Made by a program: the position numbers and the translations under genes | The notes under the pieces: generated by a model | The model's input: the letters and a program-made list of their open reading frames with translations, nothing else | Told to the model about the DNA's origin: nothing | The model's database searches: none | Source: Eubacteriales bacterium | Lineage (GTDB): Bacteria; Bacillota; Clostridia; Oscillospirales; CAG-272 | Direction of reading: 5' to 3' | Length of the DNA: 64,000 bases | Assembly: GCA_045633925.1 (NCBI GenBank) | Contig: JAZQZG010000022.1 | Coordinates: 12,171 to 76,170, forward strand | Shown here: positions 18,839 to 28,500 of the stretch, one piece after another | Numbering within the stretch: the first letter of the stretch is position 1 | Layout: every line of letters begins with the position of its first letter

Positions 18839-19234
18839 TCAAAGATTTGGCGCAGAGCTCTCGTTATAGGTATCTCCCTTGGAGAAGCCCTCGGGAAGAG
18901 GGGTGAGATCTGCGTTTTGAATCGAGGTTACGTCGGGGTATACGGGTACGCTTGTGTAGTGTGCGCTTATAAATCCGTCGCAGAAAACGTCTATATCCCA
19001 AAGGGAGAATGGCGTGGGATTCCCGGGAGACTGCGAGAGGCTCTTTTGCGGAGTGGGAAGAGCTATTCTTTGGGTAAGTCCGCTTGAGTCGGTTCTCAGA
19101 GAGTAGAGTATTCCCGACGAGCTCTCGGGTCTTCCTCGCACGCTTACCGCCGCATTCTCAAGCGGTATCGCTCCTCGGGCTGTCGATACCTTTATTACAA
19201 GGTATCCGATGCTTTCGTTGCCGTAGTCATTCAT
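18839..19234 (-). CDS. hypothetical protein (possible carboxypeptidase-regulatory-like beta-sandwich)
   Basis: 131 aa. The pattern GYLVIKVSTARGAIPLENAAVSV...DSSGLT weakly resembles CarboxypepD_reg-type domains. No signal peptide. Tightly packed in the mecA-clpC cluster. Confidence 0.35.
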   Translation of the reverse strand: MNDYGNESIGYLVIKVSTARGAIPLENAAVSVRGRPESSSGILYSLRTDSSGLTQRIALPTPQKSLSQSPGNPTPFSLWDIDVFCDGFISAHYTSVPVYPDVTSIQNADLTPLPEGFSKGDTYNESSAPNL

Positions 19235-19266
19235 AGGACGCTCCTTTTATGTAATTATATTTTGTT

Positions 19267-19872
19267 TTAGATCTGACCTAACGTCTCCACCGCGCCTGAG
19301 CGGCATATGCATCTGCCGTATTCCTTAAGATAGGGTGTGCGCTTGGAGGCGTTTTCCGCCTCGCCAAACTCTAAGATAAAGGAATATTCGTTAAGGTCGG
19401 GTATTTGGTATTCGTCAAGCTCTCCCTCAAGCTCAAGGCGCAAAAAGTATCCCTCGTTCTCAAGGAAGAAGGCAGAGCTCCTTTTCTCAAAGCCCTTGGC
19501 GTACAGCCTTTTGCACACCTCAAGCAGGGGATCTAAGGAGTCGAAAAAGAAAAGCTTTTCGTCAATTCTCGGAGCCTTTTTTGGAGACTCGTCGGCATCT
19601 TTGCTTTCGTCCTCGTTGCTTTTTAGCGATTCGAGGCGATTTACGAATATCTCGCATCCGCCGTCAAGCGAGGGGTAGACCTGAACGAGTATGCGGTGGC
19701 GCTTTGTTTCAAATCCCAGCTTGTATTTTGCTTGTTCAAGTATTTCCTCAAGAAAGCTGCGAGTCTGCGCATTTCCGTATTCAAGGGAATCTGCGCAGAT
19801 TCCGTATGCGGAGAGGTCGTTGCTCTCACAAATGATTTTCAGTTTTGAGTCACTTATCCGTATGTATTCCAT
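19267..19872 (-). CDS. mecA: adaptor protein MecA (ClpC adaptor)
   Basis: 201 aa from the ATG at 19872 (RBS GGAGGG). MEYIRISDSKLKIICESNDLSAYGI...RILVQVYPSLDGGCEIFV...acidic linker...C-terminal domain, which is the MecA architecture. The ORF-track N-terminal extension to 20154 runs through the divergent promoter region. Confidence 0.7.
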   Translation of the reverse strand: MEYIRISDSKLKIICESNDLSAYGICADSLEYGNAQTRSFLEEILEQAKYKLGFETKRHRILVQVYPSLDGGCEIFVNRLESLKSNEDESKDADESPKKAPRIDEKLFFFDSLDPLLEVCKRLYAKGFEKRSSAFFLENEGYFLRLELEGELDEYQIPDLNEYSFILEFGEAENASKRTPYLKEYGRCICRSGAVETLGQI

Positions 19873-20076
19873 AAAGCCCTCCAGATTTCTGATCTCACTT
19901 ATATTATAAGCGAAGGGCGGGAAAATGGCTACCCCTAAAAATATGGAAAAAAGGTTGAAAAAAGGATGTTGACGAAAGCTTTTTCGAATGTTATAATAAT
20001 GTAGGATAAGGGCTCCTATAAAGCTTATGAGAGAGCCTCTTGTCCTTATGAAACAAAAATTGAAGGAGGGAAGAGC

Positions 20077-22482
20077 ATGCGATATAACTTTGATAGCTGT
20101 TCGGTTGAATGCGATGCGCAAGAGCTGTGCGCGCTTACCTGCAGAGGGCCGCATCTTGACTCCCCTTTTTTTTCTTTGTCTGCTATTGACCGCGCTGACG
20201 ATAAGATGTATTACAAGATACAGTCCGAGGCAGGGGCATATTACAACCCTAACGTCGAGCTCTCCTCAACGGTGTCGGTGAACGGAATTTATTTTACACT
20301 GATTGCCAGAGCGGATGGAATTATTCGCAACTGCGGAAGACTCACCGTTGATAAGATAAAGGTGGTGTCGGGCAAGGCTTATCTTGCACCGCCCGACTCG
20401 ATGACTGTCTCTCTTTTGAAGGTGTCCTGCCATCTGTTGTGTCGCAGAGACGGACTTGATGGCGTTTCGGGCAGAATCACTTATTATAATCCTGAGAGCA
20501 AAAAGCTTAAATATTTCAGTTATAAGTACACCGCGCGAGAGCTGTCTGAGTTTTACGATTCTCTTATTGAGTCGGTAAAGTACAGAATATTGGTGGTCGC
20601 AAGAGATGCCGAGCGCAAGAGTGCGCTTGCGGATGCAAGATTTCCCTTTGGAGAGCTTCGAGAGGGGCAGGAGATAATGATTCGCGAGGCGCACTCTGCA
20701 ATAAAGAACGGAAGAAGAGTATTTCTTGAGGCGCCTACGGGCACGGGAAAGACGATATCCTCGCTCTTTCCTGCAGTGCGAGCTCTCGGAGAGGGATATT
20801 GCGACAGAATTTTTTATCTCACGCCAAAGACCGCTACTCGAAAGGAGGCGTTCTCGGCAATGTCAAGGCTTCACTCGTCGGGAGCATCGGTGCGAAGCGT
20901 GATAATTACGGCAAAGGAGCAGATCTGCCCTTGTACCTTTGATGGAAAAAGAATCTGCCGAGCCGATAAATGTGAGTATGCAAAGGGATATTACGAGAAA
21001 TCCCGATTGGCGCTCAAAGAGCTTGTTGAAAATTATACGGGATATTCAAGAAGCGTTATCGAGCAGGTAGCAAAAAAATACAGAGTTTGCCCATACGAGC
21101 TTTCCTTGGATCTCTCCGAGCTTTGTGAGGTTATAATCTGCGATTATAATTACGCCTTTGATCCTATGGTGTATTTCAGACGCTATTTTGGCTTGGACGG
21201 AGAGGGAGGCCGCTACGTATTTCTTGTGGACGAGGCGCACAACCTTGCGGATAGAGCGCGCGAGGCTTATTCCGCGCAGATATCAAGATCCGACTTTGAG
21301 AGCCTTGCTTGCGAGGTTGATCCGCTTGATACAACAAAACTTAAGGACATTCTTGCGGATGCCATCTCTGCGTTTTCACAGATAAAGCGACTTTGCAAGG
21401 AGACTCTTACAAAGGACGAGAACGGAAACGACAGAGGCTTTTATATCGCAAGTCAAAGCTATGCAAAAATCCTTTCAGCTTTTGAGAGTTTTGCAAAGAG
21501 CGCCTCGGCATTTCTTCGAGCAGAGCCCGAGCACTATCTTGCGGATAGAATTGACGATCTTCTTGCCTCGGTGAGAAAATATATAAAGATAAATGAATTT
21601 TTTGATGCGAATTTCAGATTTTACGCATCTCTTTATGATGGGGATATAAGCGTAAAATGCTATTGCCTTGACCCCTCGGAGCTTCTCGATTCGCTGTTTC
21701 TTCGCGCAAGCTCCTCGGTGTGCTTTTCGGCAACGCTCACACCGCTTGACTATTTCTGCGATCTGCTTGGATGCAGGAAGGCAAGGCGAGTCTCCTTGCC
21801 CTCGCCCTTTGATACCGAAAATCTCTGCGTGGCGGTTGCCGATTATGTCAACACCCGATACGAGGACAGAGATTCAAATTCCGCGCGGTTTGCCACCGTC
21901 ATAGCCGCAACCGTCAGCGCAAAGGCGGGAAATTATATTGCGTATTTTCCGTCCTATGACTGTCTTGAAAAGACTTATGCGGCGTTTGCAAAAAAATATC
22001 CTAAGGTCTGCACGGTAGTTCAGCGAAAGAACATGACGGCAAGGGAGAGAGAGGAGTTTCTCTTCGCTTTCAAAAACGATACGGGGCATCTGCGCGTAGG
22101 CTTTTGCGTGCTTGGCGGAGTTTTCTCCGAGGGAGTTGATCTCCCCGGAAGCCGCCTCATAGGCTCGATAATCTTTGGCGTAGGTCTGCCCGGACTCTCG
22201 AACGAGAAAAATATAATCCGTGAGCACTATGATATGAAGAACGACGAGGCGCAGGGCTATGATTACGCCTATAGCTATCCCGGAATGAATAACGTTCTTC
22301 AGGCGGCGGGCAGAGTTATACGAAATGAGACCGATACGGGAATCGTGGTTCTTGCCGATGACCGATACGCAACGCCAAAGTACAGAGAAATGTTCCCCGA
22401 TCATTGGAGAGGCGTTCAATATGCGGGAAATGCAAGTTCGCTTGCGGAAATTATGCGAAGATTTTGGGAAAAAAGGCAATAA
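20077..22482 (+). CDS. XPD/DinG-family (Rad3-like) ATP-dependent DNA helicase with N-terminal PD-(D/E)XK-like domain
   Basis: 801 aa. Walker A EAPTGTGKT and DEAHNL. Cys cluster CPC...C...C...CPYE at the position of the XPD 4Fe-4S domain. C-terminal QAAGRVIR. The first about 190 aa contain IARADGII...LTVDKIKV, a D...(D/E)xK nuclease-like signature. Confidence 0.75.
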   Translation: MRYNFDSCSVECDAQELCALTCRGPHLDSPFFSLSAIDRADDKMYYKIQSEAGAYYNPNVELSSTVSVNGIYFTLIARADGIIRNCGRLTVDKIKVVSGKAYLAPPDSMTVSLLKVSCHLLCRRDGLDGVSGRITYYNPESKKLKYFSYKYTARELSEFYDSLIESVKYRILVVARDAERKSALADARFPFGELREGQEIMIREAHSAIKNGRRVFLEAPTGTGKTISSLFPAVRALGEGYCDRIFYLTPKTATRKEAFSAMSRLHSSGASVRSVIITAKEQICPCTFDGKRICRADKCEYAKGYYEKSRLALKELVENYTGYSRSVIEQVAKKYRVCPYELSLDLSELCEVIICDYNYAFDPMVYFRRYFGLDGEGGRYVFLVDEAHNLADRAREAYSAQISRSDFESLACEVDPLDTTKLKDILADAISAFSQIKRLCKETLTKDENGNDRGFYIASQSYAKILSAFESFAKSASAFLRAEPEHYLADRIDDLLASVRKYIKINEFFDANFRFYASLYDGDISVKCYCLDPSELLDSLFLRASSSVCFSATLTPLDYFCDLLGCRKARRVSLPSPFDTENLCVAVADYVNTRYEDRDSNSARFATVIAATVSAKAGNYIAYFPSYDCLEKTYAAFAKKYPKVCTVVQRKNMTAREREEFLFAFKNDTGHLRVGFCVLGGVFSEGVDLPGSRLIGSIIFGVGLPGLSNEKNIIREHYDMKNDEAQGYDYAYSYPGMNNVLQAAGRVIRNETDTGIVVLADDRYATPKYREMFPDHWRGVQYAGNASSLAEIMRRFWEKRQ

Positions 22483-22615
22483 ATACAGAATTTAAGATAT
22501 TTTTTGCAAAATTTTAAAAAACTTCTTGCTTTTTTTGCTTCGTTGTGGTATAATATGCGAGATGGAAAGATTTTCTTCGATTTTTTAAATAAATTACCCT
22601 AAAAAAGGAGTTTTT

Positions 22616-23899
22616 ATGCTTTATAAGGATATGAACAGAGCGGAGCTTCAAGCAGAGCTTTCCGCCCTTAAAGTGAAATATGACGAGTTCCTCTCAAAGA
22701 ATCTCGCGCTCGACCTCTCAAGAGGAAAGCCCGGCAAGGATCAGCTTGATTTGGTTGAGGATATGCTCACCTGCCTTGGCACCTCTGCGGAGTGCAAGGG
22801 CGAGAACGGCTTTGATTACCGCAACTACGGAATCCTCGATGGAATTCCCGAGGCAAAGAGACTTTTCTCCGAGCTTTTAAATATAAAGGAAGAGAGAATA
22901 TTCATCGGCGGAAATTCCTCGCTCAACCTTATGTACGATTCCATAGCAAGAGCTATGATATACGGCGTGGTTGGAAGCGAGAAGCCTTGGTGCAAGCTCG
23001 ACAAGATCAAATTCCTCTGTCCCGCTCCCGGATACGATAGACACTTCGCTATCTGCGAGAGCCTTGGAATCGAGATGATCTGTGTTGATATGCTTCCCGA
23101 CGGCCCCGATATGGCAAAGGTTGAGGCGCTCGTTGCAGCTGACCCTGCAATCAAGGGTATCTGGTGCTGTCCGAAGTATTCTAACCCCGATGGATACACC
23201 TACTCGGACGAGACCGTTGATCGCCTTGCTAAGATGAAGACCGCCGCGCCCGATTTCAGAATTTTCTGGGATAACGCCTATGCGGTTCACGAGCTTTATG
23301 CCGACAGAGCGCACGTTCTTGCAGATATATTTGCGGCGTGTGAGAAGTACGGCACTGAGAACAGAGTTCTCTATTTCGCATCTACCTCGAAAATATCCTT
23401 CCCCGGAGCAGGCGTTGCAATGTTTGCCGCATCCGAGGAGAACTTGAAGCAGATAAAGTCGGTAATGACGATTCAGACGATAGGCTTCGATAAGCTCAAT
23501 CAGATTCGCCACGTTAAATATTTCAAGGATGCAGAGGGCGTTCGCACTCACATGATGCGCCTTGCCGACGTTCTCAGACCTAAGTTTGAGATCGTTGAAA
23601 ACATCTTCTCCGAGGAGCTCTCCGAGTCGGGAGCTGCCGAGTGGACTAAGCCCTGCGGTGGATATTTCGTGGGACTTTACACAATGAACGGATGCGCAAA
23701 GAGAACCTATCAGCTCTGCCGCGAGGCAGGAGTAACGCTCACGAGCGTTGGCGCAACCTATCCTTATGGCATCGATCCTCGTGACAGCCACATTCGTATC
23801 GCTCCGACCTTCCCGTCAAACGATATGCTGGAGCAGGCTATGAGAGTTCTCGTTGTTTGCGTAAAGATCGCCGCCCTCGAGAAGCTTTTGGCTGAATAA
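22616..23899 (+). CDS. class I/II PLP-dependent aminotransferase (aspartate/alanine-type)
   Basis: 427 aa. N-terminal helical segment then [12 protein letters not shown], and [11 protein letters not shown] with the PLP lysine context. RBS AAGGAG. Confidence 0.7.
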   Translation: MLYKDMNRAELQAELSALKVKYDEFLSKNLALDLSRGKPGKDQLDLVEDMLTCLGTSAECKGENGFDYRNYGILDGIPEAKRLFSELLNIKEERIFIGGNSSLNLMYDSIARAMIYGVVGSEKPWCKLDKIKFLCPAPGYDRHFAICESLGIEMICVDMLPDGPDMAKVEALVAADPAIKGIWCCPKYSNPDGYTYSDETVDRLAKMKTAAPDFRIFWDNAYAVHELYADRAHVLADIFAACEKYGTENRVLYFASTSKISFPGAGVAMFAASEENLKQIKSVMTIQTIGFDKLNQIRHVKYFKDAEGVRTHMMRLADVLRPKFEIVENIFSEELSESGAAEWTKPCGGYFVGLYTMNGCAKRTYQLCREAGVTLTSVGATYPYGIDPRDSHIRIAPTFPSNDMLEQAMRVLVVCVKIAALEKLLAE

Positions 23900-23997
23900 T
23901 TTTTATAAAAATGTACTCTTGGGGAAAGGGAATCGGCAAGATCTCTTTCCCCATATAAATTATTGAAGGTAGGCTTTGCGCCACACAAGAGGAAGCT

Positions 23998-24957
23998 ATG
24001 AAGAAAACGCAACGTGATGAAAATCCGTATATAAACAGCGATACGAACAAGCGCTATTTTACTTATGAATATTATCTGCGCCGCCGCTTTGGCAGAAAGC
24101 TTGCAAGAATTCCGCTCGATATGGGACTCACTTGTCCGAATATCGATGGCAGATGCGGAGTTGGCGGATGCATATATTGCTCCTCCCGTGGAAGCGGAGA
24201 TTTTGTTGAGGACTCAACTCAAAGTCTGCGAGAGCAGTATGAGGAGGGCAGAAAAAAGCTTTCCTCAAAGTGGGATACGTCGAGCTGTATCGCATATTTT
24301 CAAGCGCACACCAATACCTATGCTCCGCTCGATTTTTTGGTAGAGCGCTTTGAGCAGACGCTTGGCTTTGACGGTGTTTGCGCTATGAATATTGCAACGC
24401 GCGCGGATTGCCTTGATGAGGACGTGTGCAAATATCTTGCCGATCTTGCCAAGCGTATTCCGTTGACGGTCGAGCTCGGATTGCAGAGCTCGTCGGATAA
24501 AACCGCAGAGCTTATAAACCGAGGACACAGCTTCTCCGAGTTTTGCGAAGGTTATCAACGTCTGCGCAGAGCATCGGATAAGATAGAGATCTGCGTGCAC
24601 GTAATAATAGGTCTTCCGGGCGAGGGCGAGGAGGAGGTGCTCCGCACAGCGCGTGACGTAGCCGATCTCGCGCCCGAGCAAGTGAAGATACATCTTTTGC
24701 ACGTTATTCGCGGAACGGTGATGGAGCAGATTTATAATCGAGGCGAGTATATACCGCTTAGCAAAGAGGAATACGTCTCGCTTGCGGTAAAGGTTCTTGA
24801 GATTCTGCCAAGGGATACTGTGATCGCGCGTATAACGGGAGACGGCTATCCCGATGATCTTGTGGCTCCCGAATGGAGCCGAAAGAAGGTCTCGGTGATA
24901 AACGATATAGATAAGCTGATGTATGAGAAAAAGACTTATCAAGGAATATATAATTAA
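23998..24957 (+). CDS. TIGR01212-family radical SAM protein
   Basis: 319 aa. CPNIDGRCGVGGCIYCS radical-SAM cluster motif in the context typical of this family. Confidence 0.75.
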   Translation: MKKTQRDENPYINSDTNKRYFTYEYYLRRRFGRKLARIPLDMGLTCPNIDGRCGVGGCIYCSSRGSGDFVEDSTQSLREQYEEGRKKLSSKWDTSSCIAYFQAHTNTYAPLDFLVERFEQTLGFDGVCAMNIATRADCLDEDVCKYLADLAKRIPLTVELGLQSSSDKTAELINRGHSFSEFCEGYQRLRRASDKIEICVHVIIGLPGEGEEEVLRTARDVADLAPEQVKIHLLHVIRGTVMEQIYNRGEYIPLSKEEYVSLAVKVLEILPRDTVIARITGDGYPDDLVAPEWSRKKVSVINDIDKLMYEKKTYQGIYN

Positions 24958-24989
24958 AAAAGATTTCCGCCTTGGCGGAAATCTTTTTT
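24956..24989 (+). terminator. rho-independent terminator
   Basis: AAAAAAGATTTCCGCC-TTG-GCGGAAATCTTTTTT. Confidence 0.75.
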
Positions 24990-25556
24990 GCTGTGAATAT
25001 GTGCGGAAAAATATAAAAAGATGACTATAAAAGCGCTTGCAAATCCGAAGAGATAAAACATACCGAAAAGTCTTGATAATCAAAGCGGCTTTGCGAGTTT
25101 TTTGGAGCTGATAAGGAGTCGGTTTAATGTCGTTTATTTGTGCTGAAAAATACAATAATTCAAAAATTTTTAAAAGAATTGATTTTCGAAAGGTTGGCGA
25201 CGTCGAGTTTTTTTGCCCCTCCGCCAAACCCTACATTTAATATATTATTATAATAAAGCAAAAAACGAGGGTAAAAAACGGTGCGGGGAAGTGCGAAATT
25301 TTTTTTGCAGAGAAAAGCGAAAAAGACTCGAAAATATCGCCAAAATTGTGAATTTTTCGTCAATATCAAACAGAAACGAGAAATTAACTGTCTTTTTTTG
25401 TTGAAATTGCATAAAGAAAATACCGATTTTTTTGGTCGAATTGCGAATTTTAAAACTATTTTTCAAAAACTATTGACATTTTAGTAAAATGGAGTATAAT
25501 AAAGGTATCAAGTTGCGCACACGCGCAAAAATTTTAAGAAAAAAGGAGAAACAATT

Positions 25557-28500
25557 ATGAAAAGATTGATTTCGATTCTGGTTGTATTTGCTATGATGCT
25601 CGCATTGGTGGCAACCTCCATTCCCGCGTTCGCTACCGAAGGCGAAGGCGGAGGTGAGGCAGCAGCAACACCTTTGGCTACATACAAAGTCAACTGGAAA
25701 GAGTTGGTTGATGGAGGCACGATGAAGTCCCAGTGGGTTTACGATAGAAGTGCCTCACAGAACAACTTTGCGTCAAAGTATAACATTTTCGCAACAGAAA
25801 CAGACCTTACTTTGACAGAAAATGGTGGAGAAAACCGTTCGTATTATTCTCAGGTAATGTTCGCGATTACCAATGAGACTAATTACGTTTACGAGCTCGA
25901 GGTAAATACCGCAGGCTATTATGACGGCGGTGTTGTATTCGCTTGGGCGGAAGATGCAAACGCATATACACAGCCTAACGGTAGCCGCGGACCTGTTATG
26001 GGCGAGGGCGATACAAACAATAATCCCAAGGCTCCTTACTTCATTCAGGGTGGTATTTCCAAGGGCGAAGCTGTAAAGGTTCACTTCGGTGGTCCTTACC
26101 AGGCTAATGGCGAAGACTATACCGTGTTTGGTACTGGTTCCAAGACTAACATGGATGGCATCAAGGTTAGTGAAGACGGTTACGTAAAGCTTAAGATCGT
26201 TTACACTGGTCTTACCGTTGAGATGTTCTACCTCAACGAGAACGATGAGTACGTAGAGTTCTTTGCTGACAAGACTATGACTCTTGCAGAGGGCTCAAAG
26301 GTTGCATTTGGTATAACCACATGGAACCCTGACTGGGCTAACATTAGAAACTGCACACTTTACGCAATGAACGATGCAGCTAAGGATTACATGACTCTTG
26401 ACAAGGCTCCTCTTGCATCTGTTATTGACGCTGCAAAGAAACTTGCAGAGGTTGATTACACTCCCGATTCTTGGGCAGTATTCTATCCTGCAGCTATTAA
26501 TGCGGCAGAGGAAGCTTACAAGACCGTTGCTAACCAGGCTGAAGTAAATGCTGCTATTGCGGCACTTCAGACAGCTATCGATGCACTTGTTGACTCCCCT
26601 GATTCTGATAAGACAGCTCTTAACGCAGCAATCACTGCAGCTAAGGCTCTCAATCCTGCAGATTATAAAGCATATTTCCAGACCAAGCTCGTAGCTGCTA
26701 TCGCTGCAGCTGAGGCTATCTATGCAGGTGAAGCTATCAATGAGAACGAAGAGAATAATGCTATCGCAGCTCTCACCGCTGCTGTTGATAGTCTTGTTGC
26801 TGCAGACGTAGAGGATGTTTACTACAATGTAAACTGGAAGAAGCTCTATGACGATAAGACCATGAGAGCTCAGTGGCTCTATGAGAGACAGCCCGGTCAG
26901 AATAACTTTGAGAATTTCTACAAGGTTAAAGCAGACGAGACCTCTATCTCTTTTGATAGAATAAACGGAGATACTCGTTTGTACTACTCCGAGATCATGC
27001 CCGATCTCAGTGCAGATACCTACTATGAGTATGTATTTGAAGTAAACATGACCAATGTTCAGAACCTTGGTGGTGTTATGTTTGCATTCGCAGAGAACCC
27101 CGATGGAACCGTTGATGGCGATACCATCAAGGATACCGAAGGCGTTGTTGGACGCATTCCTGTATCCGGATACTACCTCAAGGGTGGTCTTAGCTCCGGT
27201 TCTGCAGTATCCGTTCACTTCGGTGGTCACTACGACGGATATGACGTAGGCGACGCTGTAAATGCTTCTTTGGCAGATATTAAGAGAAGCGAAGATGGAT
27301 ACGCTACTTATAAGGTTATATTCGATGGACTTCTTGCTAAGTTCTACTATCTTAAGGACAATGGCGATGACACTGCTGAGTTTGTAGAGTTCTTCGCTGA
27401 TAAGACTGTAGCTCTTGCAGAGGCTTCAAGAATTGCCTTCGGTGTTTACAATAAGGATACCGATTACCCCGCTCTCAGAAACTGTGTACTTACTGCCGGT
27501 AATGAGGCAGCACAGGTAGCTCTTGAGAGAGTTTACCTCGATTACCACATCATGTTGGCTGGAAGATTCGAGAATAAGACCGGTTACACTACCGATACTT
27601 TTGCTGCATTGACTGCTGCTTTGGCAGATGCAAGAGCAGCAACCGATCCTGCAACTTATGATGCATTGATCGAGACTCTTGACGCAGCTAGACTTGGACT
27701 TAAGAAGGCTGCAAACAAGACCGCTCTTAAGGCTGCTATCGATGCTGCAAAGGCAAAGGTTGGTGAGAATACTGAGGACGCTTTCACTGCCGCAACTTGG
27801 GCAAAACTTGATGAAGCTCTCACTGCTGCAGAAGCAGTATATGCAAATGGCAATCTTGATAATTCCGCAGAGGATCAGAAGATTGTTGATGATGCAACCG
27901 CAGCTCTTAAGGCTGCAACCGAGCGTCTTACCGAAGCAGGCAAGGCTAACTTGGTAGATTTCAATGCAGCTATCAAGGCTTATGAGGCTCTTGTTGAGAC
28001 CGACTATACTCCTGCTTCTTGGGCTGCTGCAATGGCAAATAAGGTTGCTTATTATGAAGCAAAGATTCTTGAGACCAAGGAACTTACCGAGGCTGATCAG
28101 GCTGACATCGATGCAGCTACTGAGGCTTTGAACGCAATTCTTAACGCACTCGTTAAGCGCGCAGATTTCACCAAGCTCCAGTCTCTCGTTAACAGAGTAG
28201 ATGCTCTTGATAAATCTTTCTACACTCCCGAGACCTTGATCGCTGAAGAGTTGATCACTACAGCTAAGGAAGTTCTTGCTAACCTTGATGCAACTCAGAC
28301 CGCTGTTGATGAAGCTCTCGCAGCTCTCCAGGCAGCTTATGATGCACTTAAGCCCATCAGAACTAACGTATTGCTTATTACTGTTCCTGATGATTACGTA
28401 ATCAACGATCAGGTAAGCTATCCTCCCGAAAAAGCTACTGAGTACAACAAGATTACCGATATGAGCTACCATGGCTTGGGTAACGTATTCTACTACGACT

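Noticed and set aside
19873-20154. 94-codon N-terminal extension of the mecA ORF given in the ORF track (start at 20154)
   Set aside because: The extension crosses the divergent promoter region and overlaps the helicase gene start. The MecA homology and a GGAGGG RBS begin at the ATG at 19872.
22877-25227. Long reverse-strand ORFs (304 aa and 320 aa) opposite the aminotransferase and radical SAM genes
   Set aside because: They are antisense shadows with no motifs. The forward-strand genes have clear family signatures and RBSs.
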